Below, in pieces: positions 10,519 to 23,038 of a stretch of 33,339 nt of DNA. Every line of letters starts with the position of its first letter. Position 1 is the stretch's first letter. This stretch comes from Nemertoderma westbladi (taxonomy: Eukaryota; Animalia; Xenacoelomorpha), in contig JAUCBJ010001797.1 of the NCBI GenBank assembly GCA_032718475.1, forward strand, positions 1 through 33,339, written 5' to 3'. The position numbers and the translations under genes were made by a program. The notes below the pieces were generated by a model. It searched no databases. It was not told where the DNA came from and was given only the letters and a program-made list of their open reading frames with translations.

Positions 10519-13500
10519 ATCAGTTATAAATTTCACGTGTTAACTAACAGTCAGACATCAGTTATAAATTTCACGTGTTAACAGTCAGACATCAGTTATA
10601 AATTTCACGTGTTAACTAACAGTCAGACATCAGTTATAAATTTCACGTGTTAACAGTCAGACATCAGTTATAAATTTCACGTGTTAACTAACAGTCAGAC
10701 ATCAGTTATAAATTTCACGTGTTAACAGTCAGACATCAGTTATAAATTTCACGTGTTAACAGTCAGACATCAGTTATAAATTTCACGTGTTAACTAACAG
10801 TCAGACATCAGTTATAAATTTCACGTGTTAACAGTCAGACATCAGTTATAAATTTCACGTGTTAACTAACAGTCAGACATCAGTTATAAATTTCACGTGT
10901 TAACAGTCAGACATCAGTTATAAATTTCACGTGTTAACTAACAGTCAGACATCAGTTATAAATTTCACGTGTTAACATAAGATATCAGTTATAAATTTCA
11001 CGTGTTAACTAACAGTCAGACATCAGTTATAAATTTCACGTGTTAACAGTCAGACACATCAGTTATAAATTTCACGTGTTAACTAACAGTCAGACATCAG
11101 TTATAAATTTCACGTGTTAACAGTCAGACATCAGTTATAAATTTCACGTGTTAACTAACAGTCAGACATCAGTTATAAATTTCACGTGTTAACATTCAGA
11201 CATCAGTTATAAATTTCACGTGTTAACTAACATTCAGATATCAGTTATAAATTTCACGTGTTAACTAACATTCAGATATCAGTTATAAATTTCACGTGTT
11301 AACTAACATTCAGATATCAGTTATAAATTTCACGTGTTAACTAACAGTCAGACATCAGTTATAAATTTCACGTGTTAACTAACAGTCAGACATCAGTTAT
11401 AAATTTCACGTGTTAACAGTCAGACATCAGTTATAAATTTCACGTGTTAACATTCAGATATCAGTTATAAATTTCACGTGTTAACTAACAGTCAGACATC
11501 AGTTATAAATTTCACGTGTTAACTAACAGTCAGACATCAGTTATAAATTTCACGTGTTAACTAACAGTCAGACATCAGTTATAAATTTCACGTGTTAACA
11601 GTCAGACATCAGTTATAAATTTCACGTGTTAACAGTCAGACATCAGTTATAAATTTCACGTGTTAACTAACAGTCAGACATCAGTTATAAATTTCACATG
11701 TTAACAGTCAGACATCAGTTATAAATTTCACGTGTTAACAGTCAGACATCAGTTATAAATTTCACGTGTTAACTAACAGTCAGACATCAGTTATAAATTT
11801 CACGTGTTAACATAAGATATCAGGTATAAATTTCACGTGTTAAGTAACAGTCAGACATCAGTTATAAATTTCACGTGTTAACTAACAGTCAGACATCAGT
11901 TATAAATTTCACGTGTTAACATTCAGATATCAGTTATAAATTTCACGTGTTAACTAACAGTCAGACATCAGTTATAAATTTCACGTGTTAACTAACAGTC
12001 AGACATCAGTTATAAATTTCACGTGTTAACAGTCAGACATCAGTTATAAATTTCACGTGTTAACATTCAGATATCAGTTATAAATTTCACGTGTTAACTA
12101 ACAGTCAGAAATCAGTTAAAATTTCACGTGTTAACATTCAGATATCAGTTATAAATTTCACGTGTTAACTAACAGTCAGACATCAGTTATAAATTTCACG
12201 TGTTAACAGTCAGACATCAGTTATAAATTTCACGTGTTAACTAACAGTCAGACATCAGTTATAAATTTCACGTGTTAACAGTCAGACATCAGTTATAAAT
12301 TTCACGTGTTAACTAACAGTCAGACATCAGTTATAAATTTCACGTGTTAACATTCAGACATCAGTTATAAATTTCACGTGTTAACTAACAGTCAGACATC
12401 AGTTATAAATTTCACGTGTTAACATAAGATATCAGTTATAAATTTCACGTGTTAACTAACAGTCAGACATCAGTTATAAATTTCACGTGTTAACTAACAG
12501 TCAGACATCAGTTATAAATTTCACGTGTTAACATAAGATATCAGTTATAAATTTCACGTGTTAACTAACAGTCAGACATCAGTTATAAATTTCACGTGTT
12601 AACTAACAGTCAGACATCAGTTATAAATTTCACGTGTTAACATTCAGATATCAGTTATAAATTTCACGTGTTAACTAACAGTCAGACATCAGTTATAAAT
12701 TTCACGTGTTAACTAACAGTCAGACATCAGTTATAAATTTCACGTGTTAACAGTCAGACATCAGTTATAAATTTCATGTGTTAACATTCAGATATCAGTT
12801 ATAAATTTCACGTGTTAACTAACAGTCAGAAATCAGTTAAAATTTCACGTGTTAACATTCAGATATCAGTTATAAATTTCACGTGTTAACTAACAGTCAG
12901 ACATCAGTTATAAATTTCACGTGTTAACATTCAGACATCAGTTATAAATTTCACGTGTTAACTAACAGTCAGACATCAGTTATAAATTTCACGTGTTAAC
13001 AGTCAGACATCAGTTATAAATTTCACGTGTTAACTAACAGTCAGACATCAGTTATAAATTTCACGTGTTAACAGTCAGACATCAGTTATAAATTTCACGT
13101 GTTAACAGTCAGACATCAGTTATAAATTTCACGTGTTAACTAACAGTCAGACATCAGTTATAAATTTCACGTGTTAACATAAGATATCAGTTATAAATTT
13201 CACGTGTTAACTAACAGTCAGACATCAGTTATAAATTTCACGTGTTAACTAACAGTCAGACATCAGTTATAAATTTCACGTGTTAACATTCAGATATCAG
13301 TTATAAATTTCACGTGTTAACTAACAGTCAGACATCAGTTATAAATTTCACGTGTTAACTAACAGTCAGACATCAGTTATAAATTTCACGTGTTAACAGT
13401 CAGACATCAGTTATAAATTTCACGTGTTAACTAACAGTCAGAAATCAGTTAAAATTTCACGTGTTAACATTCAGATATCAGTTATAAATTTCACGTGTTA

Positions 13501-14923
13501 ACTAACATTCAGTTATCAGTTATAATTTCCACGTGTTAACATTCAGACATCAGTTATAAATTTCACGTGTTAACTAACAGTCAGACATCAGTTATAAATT
13601 TCACGTGTTAACTAACAGTCAGACATCAGTTATGAATTTCACGTGTTAACTAACTGTCAGACATCAGTTATAAATTTCACGTGTTAACTAACAGTCAGAC
13701 ATCAGTTATAAATTTCACGTGTTAACATTCAGATATCAGTTATAAATTTCACGTGTTAACTAACAGTCAGACATCAGTTATAAATTTCACGTGTTAACTA
13801 ACAGTCAGACATCAGTTATAAATTTCACGTGTTAACATTCAGACATCAGTTATAAATTTCACGTGTTAACTAACAGTCAGACATCAGTTATAAATTTCAC
13901 GTGTTAACTAACAGTCAGACATCAGTTATAAATTTCACGTGTTAACTAACAGTCAGACATCAGTTATGAATTTCACGTGTTAACTAACAGTCAGACATCA
14001 GTTATAAATTTCACGTGTTAACATAAGATATCAGTTATAAATTTCACGTGTTAACTAACATTCAGATATCAGTTATAAATTTCACGTGTTAACTAACAGT
14101 CAGACATCAGTTATAAATTTCACGTGTTAACTAACATTCAGACATCAGTTATAAATTTCACGTGTTAACTAACAGTCAGACATCAGTTATAAATTTCACG
14201 TGTTAACATTCAGACATCAGTTATAAATTTCACATGTTAACTAACATTCAGATATCAGTTATAAATTTCACGTGTTAATATTCAGATATCAGTTATAAAT
14301 TTCACGTGTTAACATTCAGATATCAGTTATAAATTTCACGTGTTAACATTCAGATATCAGTTATAAATTTCACGTGTTAACTAACATTCAGATATCAGTT
14401 ATAAATTTCACGTGTTAACTAACATTCAGATATCAGTTATAAATTTCACCTGTTAACTAACAGTCAGATATCAGTTATAAATTTCACGTGTTAACTAACA
14501 GTCAGACATCAGTTATAAATTTCACGTGTTAACTAACAGTCAGAAATCAGTTATAAATTTCACGTGTTAACTAACAGTCAGACATCAGTTATAAATTTCA
14601 CGTGTTAACATTCAGATATCAGTTATAAATTTCACGTGTTAACTAACATTCAGATATCAGTTATAAATTTCACGTGTTAACTAACATTCAGATATCAGTT
14701 ATAAATTTTACGTGTTAACTAACATAATATATCAGTTATAAATTTCACGTGTTAACTAACAGTCAGACATCAGTTATAAATTTCACGTGTTAACTAACAT
14801 TCAGACATCAGTTATAAATTTCACGTGTTAACATTCAGACATCAGTTATAAATTTCACATGTTAACATTCAGACATCAGTTATAAATTTCACGTGTTAAC
14901 ATTCAGACATCAGTTATAAATTT
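10519..14923. repeat. Satellite array, right arm (same 38/34-bp monomer, roughly 120 copies)
   Basis: Same consensus as 466-5419, resuming in register after the TSD. Confidence 0.98.
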
Positions 14924-15502
14924 GACTTACGGCCTTTCTACATTGCATATCTCGAGAACTAGATTAGATAAGGTAATTATACAATTAGATAGAGCGCATT
15001 TTTTAGACCCAGGAGAAAGTGAATTTTGGAAAAATGCGACTTACGGTTTTATCACATTGCACGGCAGAGCTGCACCTTATTGTATTGTGTATTTAGTACT
15101 GTCTTTCACTAATTTCTAGGTATTTCTTGTTTTTGCTTTGATAATTTCTAGGTATTTCTTGTTTTTTGTTTTGATAATGATTATTGTTTAATAAATCGAA
15201 ACGTCATCTGTTCAAATCATGAAGTTTAAGATATATGCGCTGTTACCTGAAAGCTTCAGATTCCCATCAACTCAAACTCTATCATTTTGTAATAATATGT
15301 GTGAATATAATATAAATGGTAAATTTATCGCTAGAATTCAAGTAATATTCATTTATAAACGAGGCCGTTATACTATTCCACGATAACCCACCCATTTGAG
15401 CCATAAACAGAATTAGAATGTTAAAAAGTTAATACAATTTGGGACATTTAACTATTTTTTTTCTTTACTTCTTTATTTCTTTTGTAAGAAAACGCCACCA
15501 CT

Positions 15503-16360
15503 TGCACTGTAACGTAACCTACTATGCACTGTAACGTAACCCACTATGCACTGTAACGTAACCTACTATGCACTGTAACGTAACCTACTATGCACTGTAA
15601 CGTAACCCACTATGCACTGTAACGTAACCTACTATGCACTATAACGTAACCTACTATGCACTATAACGTAACCTACTATGCACTGTAACGTAACCTACTA
15701 TGCACTGTAACGTAACCCACTATGCACTGTAACGTAACCTACTATGCACTGTAACGTAACCTACTATGCACTGTAACATAACCTACTATGCACTGTAACG
15801 TAACCTACTATGCACTGTAACGTAACCCACTATGCACTGTAACGTAACCTACTATGCACTATAACGTAACCTACTATGCACTATAACGTAACCTACTATG
15901 CACTGTAACGTAACCTACTATGCACTGTAACATAACCTACTATGCACTGTAACATAACCTACTATGCACTGTAACGTAACCTACTATGCACTGTAACATA
16001 ACCTACTATGCACTGTAACATAACCTACTATGCACTGTAACGTAACCTACTATGCACTGTAACGTAACCCACTATGCACTGTAACGTAACCTACTATGCA
16101 CTGTAACGTAACCTACTATGCACTGTAACATAACCTACTATGCACTGTAACATAACCTACTATGCACTGTAACGTAACCTACTATGCACTGTAACGTAAC
16201 CCACTATGCACTGTAACGTAACCTACTATGCACTATAACGTAACCCACAATGCACTGTAACGTAACCCACTATGCACTGTAACGTAACCTACTATGCACT
16301 GTAACGTAACCTACTATGCACTATAACGTAACCTACTATGCACTATAATGTAACCTACTA
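15503..16360. repeat. 22-bp minisatellite, about 39 copies
   Basis: Unit TGCACTGTAACGTAACCTACTA with a few recurring variants (CCC/CCT, GTA/ATA, CG/CA). Confidence 0.97.
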
Positions 16361-16758
16361 TAATACTCCTTTCTCCTTTCATTTATACCGGCTTTACTTT
16401 ATATTCCGAAGTGAAGGGCCTTCATTGCTTAGCCCGCATTGAGTACTTTTTTTCATTGGGCTATCAATTAAAGTCTACCCAAAAAATTTGCTAAGCACAT
16501 ACTTTCTGCAACAAATAATTTACTCACTGACCAAATAACATACAAGCGGACAAAAAATAAATCTGGCCAAAAAATAACAAAACACATACTTTTCGCCCAA
16601 GTAATTTACTTGTTTACCAAATAAAATACATCTGAACTAATGTTATATACGACCCAAAAATTAAAACATCAACCCCAAAACACACATTTACTACACTAAA
16701 ACACATAAAATCAAACAACAATTTAGTCATATATATGATATTTATTTCCATAGAGTTT

Positions 16759-17212
16759 GCTTTTTCTAACCAAAATAATAAACGATGTTGTTAACAATTG
16801 AGGGAAAGGAGCAGGTTACAGAGACTGATTTTTCTTTCCAAAGCAATAAACGATGTTGTTACCAATTGAGAGAAAGGAGCAGGTTACGTTACAGAGATGG
16901 CTTTTTCTAACCAAAACAGTAAACTATGTTGTTAGCAATTGAGGGAAGGGAGCAGGTTACAGAGATGGCTTTTTCTAACCAAAACAGTAAACTATGTTGT
17001 TACCAATTGAGGGAAAGGAGCAAGTTACGTTACAGAGATGGCTTTTTCTAACCAAAACAGTATACTATGTTTTTACCAATTGAGGGAAAGGATCAGGTAA
17101 CTGAGATGGCTTTTTCTAACCAAAACAGTAAACTATGTTGTTTCCAATTGGGGGAAAGGAGCAGGTTGCGGAACGGATTTATTTAACCGAAACATTAAAC
17201 GATGTTGTTAAC
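16759..17212. repeat. 68/73-bp tandem repeat, 6-7 copies
   Basis: CAATTG anchors at 16795, 16863, 16936, 17004, 17077 and 17145 give alternating 68 and 73 bp spacing. The longer unit has an extra GTTAC. Confidence 0.9.
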
Positions 17213-18852
17213 AACATCGAATATAAAAATATATATAAAATACTTTGGAACGAATTTAAATAATTTGGTGCGAAAAGTATGAATCTGGGAAAGAACTAGG
17301 CTATGTATTTAGAAGTAGCTTTAATGTACATTGCTTACAGAAAACATGAAATTTGGGGCTATCGTTTTGGGGCGGTAAAAAAGTATATTTGGTGCGAAAA
17401 CTACAGTATGTAATCTTGGAAAGAAATAATTTGTGGTCTTTTTGTGTTTAATGAAAATTTCAGTATATTTTTTATTCAAATGCAAATTATTCCAAGTTTT
17501 GGATTTAATTTAACGAAATTGCTTAACGTTTTTTTCGATGTGCATTAGGGCTAGGCCTACACTCATCCACAAGTCAACCAGTAAATATACTGTCATACAG
17601 TAGGCCTACTGTAGTTTCAATTTTGCCAGCTTATTTGCATTCTGGAAACAAACACATAGCGGTTACTTATTAGCTCAACTAGACCCAAAAATTGAGAGAA
17701 AATAGACTATTTTTTTCTCTAGCGAAAAAGTAATTTTGCATTGATTTTACTTTGTTCCCGGCGAAAAAAGCAAAATAAAATATTTTTCGAAAATTTCTTA
17801 AATTTCATTACATGTGTTGAAAGAGTAGTTGGCTAGGTTTGCAAGTAATGTGAACAAAATCCATGAACGCACTCAAAAGTTATTGTAACTTTAGTGTCTG
17901 CAAGGCGTGTTGTTTTTATGTTGTTAAGCGGCTCTCTAGTTACGTAATAAATATTCGAGAACATTTAAATTATTTAACATTGAGTAGGAAGCATCAGGAG
18001 CTGAAGAGTACAATAATTTGAATCGCAGTAACTATGGAAGCAATATACATACTGTAGTAAAATACTACCGTACAGTTCAACTTATTTTGTAACACTATAT
18101 CGCTTTATCTTTTATCAAATTAAGAATCAAGCAACAAAAAAAGTACCAATTTAAGAATAAAATTACGCACTGACGTATTTGGCCTTGCTTTATCTCTCGA
18201 CCCTTTATTAACTTCGGCGCTCGGTAAATAAAATGGCCCGGGAATAATGAAAAAAGTACTACTTTTTTTCCATGTATGCATGTAATAAATAAATATTCGG
18301 CAGAATCCCGACGACTTTAATTTAATTTTTTTACTAACTGACTCAATTCAGCAGCCACCATAAAATAATGATTATACAGTTAGTGTATTTTAAATAAAGA
18401 AATATGTGTTTATTTTCGCTCTGATTTGGTTATAGCTTGGTTACACACTTAGCTTCTTCTGGCCACTGGAACAACAGGTCGTATATTTAACATATTCGAA
18501 TAAAAAATATTATTTATTACATCATATAGGGGTTGATTTTGGACAGAGTCTTGAGTTGATGAAACCAAACCTGGCCTGAGTATTGGATGGCTTCAGGGGT
18601 TGGGGGAGCGGGGCCTGGACAAAGTTTCAGCTTGTCGGGTTTACAAGCAAAGAAATGTGAGGACATTTAATGTTTAGACATGTAACCCTCTAGCGGGAGA
18701 CTGTTGAATTGGTGGTGTCTGAAAGTCTCTAAAAAATCTCAACTTTTGGTTTTATTGATGCCTGCATATTTTCAACTCGACAGCTTTAAATCCGACAGGG
18801 TTATTAATGTGTCCAAATCGTAACGACGACAACTATTTACCATTATTGAGCC

Positions 18853-19183
18853 CCCATGCCCATAGTCTACCCGAGCTTGACAGTGACACTTGAACGGAAC
18901 CGCCTCACCTTCGCAGCACATTGCTTTCGCCGTGAGGACCAGCTGGTGCACAACTCTTGTGCTTTTGAGGCCTCATGGAGTGAATAAGCATGGTGGACAG
19001 CCCATGACTTTCTTGAGACGCATCTTAAAGGACACTGGCCTTGAAGATGCGGATGATCTAGCAAATGTCATGGGTGATAGGGAGTTGTGGCGGAGCAATT
19101 TTTTCGATAAGCTGGCACTATAATTCTTGTAATATATATATAATGCAGCTGCAGCAATGCAGCATGCCGATCGTAGTAGTAGT
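18853..19183 (+). mobile_element. 5'-truncated RTE-clade non-LTR retrotransposon fragment
   Basis: Translates with one frameshift to RNRLTFAAHCFRRED.../LVLLRPHGVNKHGGQPMTFLRRILKDTGL...MGDRELWR, the typical RTE ORF2 C-terminus. Ends in a short (AGT)n tail and is flanked by an 11-bp TSD, ATTATTGAGCC (18842-18852 and 19184-19194). Confidence 0.82.
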
Positions 19184-19783
19184 ATTATTGAGCCACCCCC
19201 TAACAGTGCCTGTTCGCTAAGGCACTGCTAACTTCGTGGCTCGCCCCACATACCCCATATACTACTGTATAAATGTATTCATTCATTCGATATACAGTGT
19301 ACAATCATTACTCCGCTATTGGCTGATTGGTGTCAAAATTTATGGCGGCTGAACTGTTATTCTGCAATATCGTACACCGGTGCACTGCAGCACAGTACCA
19401 GTACCTATCACTCCAGATCTGCAGATCCAGAGATATGCCTACTAAAAGGTAGGGTAGGCACTTTGGTGATTAGGCTAAATGCCAGCCACAGCCATGCTAG
19501 TGCTGTAGTGTTTTATCCCACATTCTTAATAGGCCTACTGTCTGACTTAATACTGTAATAGGCAGATAGGAGGCTACATAATAACTAACAGTACCTACAT
19601 ACAGACATATGCGGAACTACTGAATGAACTACAGAACTAGGCCTATCGGCATACATTAGGCCTAACAACTCTGCGACTGCAGAACTGAATGCTGGAGTGA
19701 GAAGTGCATAGCGGAAGGCTTACAAATTAGCCTACGTGCAGGAACAGTGCAGCAGTGCAAGTTCTGAAGTTGACGAAACTAAA

Positions 19784-20323
19784 ATGCTTCGAATTATTCG
19801 TTCTGCTCGCCGCACGCTACAACGAAACCATCTATCTACCGGTATCGCTGATCTCCCACGAGACCAACCGCATGCTTCGACGTTGTCTGCCCCATCGGAT
19901 AAGACGCGTTTCGGGATGGCGCTCTCGGCGGACCGTCGCACGGTTGTAATTTATCACCCATCTCCCGAATTCCCTTACGAGCTGTCACAACCGATAGAGC
20001 GTACCGACCCTAACGACTCTCCCGATCGTGTGACCGTCCTCCGAGACGGTCTATCCATTGAGGACCCCACCGACGTCGATAATCGACTTACCCCCCATCG
20101 TCTGGCCGAGATGTTCGCCACTTCCCACCACGAGTTCTGGCCTCGAGGTATAAAGGGACGTACTATGCATCGGGACCGGTTCCCTTTGGAGACCCCCGAA
20201 CGACCAGACGACGACCCCACCCCGCTACAAAGAGTCCCTCGCAAACACTTTAATAAACCACTTCTACCTAAAAGGAAATTTAAACCGCACCCCACTTACA
20301 ATTTTAAGGATATGGAATATTAG
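19784..20323 (+). CDS. MRPL42: Mitochondrial ribosomal protein mL42 (MRPL42/MRP-S32 family), intronless, about 179 aa
   Basis: MALSADRRTVVIYHPSPEFPYELSQPIERTDP and LAEMFATSHHEFWPRG match the mL42 motifs [26 protein letters not shown] and LSKMFFTTKHRWYP. The Arg-rich amphipathic N-terminus MLRIIRSARRTLQR resembles a mitochondrial targeting peptide, supporting ATG 19784 over the GTG at 19736. Confidence 0.85.
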   Translation: MLRIIRSARRTLQRNHLSTGIADLPRDQPHASTLSAPSDKTRFGMALSADRRTVVIYHPSPEFPYELSQPIERTDPNDSPDRVTVLRDGLSIEDPTDVDNRLTPHRLAEMFATSHHEFWPRGIKGRTMHRDRFPLETPERPDDDPTPLQRVPRKHFNKPLLPKRKFKPHPTYNFKDMEY

Positions 20324-20958
20324 CGATATTATATAGCATACCGGTATAGGAATATTATATTGCCGGTAAGCGTTATATAGAATACTTTACTGCTTTATGT
20401 CAATCCACAGTAATGCAATGCTGCAATGCAATGTATCCGGAACACAGTTGCCTGCTGCCTGTCTACATGTTACAACTTAGGCCTACTTTGTTGTTTATAA
20501 AGCTTAGCATACAGATATCCATAATTCAACCGCCTTCTCGCGGTGGAGCGGAGAACTGCTGATTCCCCCAACACAATTATATTCCAGACTTTCCAAGAGA
20601 CCGGTTATATGTGCATCAAGCACCAAGTTCTGAAGTTTGGTTTATTAGCCTTCAAACATTATCTTACTTCGTCGCTCGCGCCACACACTGATCTCTAATG
20701 TTTAGTAAAGAACTACCGACTCTGCTACGTAGTAGAGTTGTGTTTAGTCATTGATTAGGTATTAATTTCAGAATCACGGTCTGTTTTTTTTGTAACATTA
20801 TTGAACATTTATTATTGTACATTATAATATTACACTCTATAAAATAATCTAATAATTATAGGAAACTTGCCTTGTGGTTCTATGGACATATGGGAAGGGT
20901 GGGATTATCGATATTCCATTGGATGATTTTTGCGTCCAGATTCCCCCCACCCCCCTCC

Positions 20959-21364
20959 TAGGGCCGGATTAACCTATAGACAAACTAGCAACTAGGCACG
21001 TGTCTAGGGGCCTCTGCTCAAGGGGGCCTCCAAAAAAATATATGCATTAAAAATAAAACAATGCATAAATATTTAAAACGGTATAAAAATATTCAGTCGC
21101 ATACAAAAAGTAAATTTAAAGTAAATTTAAATAATAATGATAATATTTGTGCCCGAAACAATATTAGCAATAATATTAGCAATAATATTAGCGAAATAAT
21201 ATTAGCAACATTATTTTATAAATAACAATTCGAGTGCAAATATTGTATTCGAAATAAATACAAAAATCCCTCCGCCACCACCCCCCCCCCCTCACCTGAA
21301 AAATTTTGGGTGGGGCCTCAGATTTGTCTACGCCTAGGGGCCACACATGCTTAATCCGGCTCTG
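20959..21364. mobile_element. Non-autonomous hAT-type DNA transposon (MITE)
   Basis: Termini TAGGGCCGGATTAA / TTAATCCGGCTCTG, an 8-bp TSD CCCCCTCC / CTCCCTCC (7/8 match), subterminal GGGGCC motifs and an AT-rich interior. Confidence 0.75.
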
Positions 21365-22024
21365 CTCCCTCCCTATCTGCGTTTTTCTATTTAAATTACA
21401 TTGATAATTTAGTTTTCTACTATATGGACCTGGATAGAGCATTGGCGGACCTTAGCATTGATTCAATTTACTTACTGGGTCTTTGTCTCCTATGAAAAAA
21501 TTGTACTGTTTGATACAATAAGTATTGAAACTTATCAGCGCTCTGGTGACATTATCGTATCGCTGAAAACTTACAGTTTGCAGTGTTACGTGGCATAGGT
21601 CGGAACGCAGTATTATCCATTTTCGAGGATCATAGCTTTAATGCAAATGATGTCATTGTATGCTTTGTGTAAGATTTTACAGATGTTGTAGTAACTGCTA
21701 TAGTAGTAAGTTGTATAGGCGTTGTAGTAAGAGCTAACTTGTTTTATGAATGTCATCAATATTCCTAATTTTTGAAATAAAATAATAGTTATTAAGTATA
21801 AAAAAATCGTTAAAAATGTTAAAATAAGTAATCGTAGCCTAAAAACCATTTCATTATGCCTTCAACATTTATTTCCATTCCCCTATTTGCCACCATGCCT
21901 TATAAGCTGAGTTCAAAGGCTTAGGACAATCCCCGTATAGCGTCTAGGCTCTTTATTATATTGGCAACACCGTAAAGTTAGTGTACCGGTTGGTTTATTA
22001 TTTGAGGAAGTCAAGTCCGTAATA

Positions 22025-23038
22025 ATGGCTACGATGAGAGCGGTTCTGTTGAAGAGTTTCGGCGGCGCTGAAAATTTATACGTCGGCAACACTATTAGAA
22101 GAGAGTTGAAACCGCAGGACATAGAAATTAGAGTGATGTATTCGGCATTAAATAGGGCCGATGTGTTGCAGAGGATGGGTAAGTACCCGTCACCTAGAGG
22201 GGAGAGTGAAGTGCTGGGGTTGGAGGTGAGTGGTCTGGTTGAACGCGTCGGGGCGGACGCGTCATTCTGGAGTGTCGGAGACCCGGTGATGGCGTTGCTA
22301 GGCGGTGGGGGTTACGCGGAGTACGCTGTGGTGCACCGGGACCACGTGATGCCGGTGCCACGTGGCCTGTCCTTGGAGAAGGCGGCGGCCACACCGGAGG
22401 CTTTCCTAACGGCCTACCAATTGCTCCATCTAGTGGCGGGAGAGCCGAGAGGCCAGCGGGTGTTAATCCACGCGGCCGCTAGTGGCGTTGGCACTGCATT
22501 GGTGCAGCTCTCCAAACTTGCTGGTCTCAATGTTTTTGCGACGGCCGGAAGTGAAGATAAACTTAGCGCAGTGAAGGAACTCAAAGCTGATTGCGTTATT
22601 AATTATAAAACTGAGTTCTTCGATGACGTAATTCTCAATGCTACTGACAACAAGGGCGTAGATGTTATACTCGATTGCGTGGGCGGTTCCCATTGGCAAC
22701 GGAACGCCAATTGCGTAGCAACGGATGGTACTTGGGTTCTTTACGGTCTACTTGGAGGTGCTAACATTGATCCGTCCTGCTTCCCTCTGTCTACTTTGCT
22801 AAGAAAACGCGTGACCTTGAAAGGGACCACTCTGAGGTCCCGTTCAGTAGCATATAAATCGGATCTAGTTCGACTATTTGTTCGAGACAGGTTATCGGCC
22901 TTCGATACGGGGGAACTTAGACCCGTTATTGACCGGGTCTTCGCCGTGGAAGATATTGTCGAGGCCCACAATTATATGTCAAAAAATAGAAACATTGGAA
23001 AGATATTGCTAAAAATTACTGGTGTCGCTAAGACATGA
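22025..23038 (+). CDS. TP53I3: NADPH quinone oxidoreductase, PIG3/TP53I3 family (zeta-crystallin-like MDR), intronless
   Basis: 337 aa with ALNRADVLQRMGKYP, LGLEVSG, ALLGGGGYAEY, PEAFLTAYQLL, VLIHAAASGVGTA, GTTLRSRS and NRNIGKI, all characteristic of PIG3. AATAAA occurs near 23203. Confidence 0.92.
   Translation: MATMRAVLLKSFGGAENLYVGNTIRRELKPQDIEIRVMYSALNRADVLQRMGKYPSPRGESEVLGLEVSGLVERVGADASFWSVGDPVMALLGGGGYAEYAVVHRDHVMPVPRGLSLEKAAATPEAFLTAYQLLHLVAGEPRGQRVLIHAAASGVGTALVQLSKLAGLNVFATAGSEDKLSAVKELKADCVINYKTEFFDDVILNATDNKGVDVILDCVGGSHWQRNANCVATDGTWVLYGLLGGANIDPSCFPLSTLLRKRVTLKGTTLRSRSVAYKSDLVRLFVRDRLSAFDTGELRPVIDRVFAVEDIVEAHNYMSKNRNIGKILLKITGVAKT

Noticed and set aside
466-14923. CRISPR-like array suggested by the ~36-bp periodicity
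   Set aside because: There are no unique spacers, the units are head-to-tail satellite monomers, no cas genes are present and the context is eukaryotic.
435-14942. CCTTTCTACA on both sides of the satellite (435-444 and 14933-14942) as a possible TSD
   Set aside because: The copies do not directly abut the array ends and there are no terminal repeats, so it may be chance.
15171-15206. Third hammerhead-like motif TTGATAAT-GATT...AATC-GAAACGTC
   Set aside because: It has two mismatches in the CUGANGA box and no stem I, so it is at best a decayed relic.
18684-18803. TAACCCT...AGGGTTA as piggyBac-like ends
   Set aside because: The match is only 7 bp and neither side has an intact TTAA.
21188-21849. 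Short minus-strand ORFs between the two host genes
   Set aside because: They are low-complexity AT-rich or MITE-derived sequence with no recognisable protein features.
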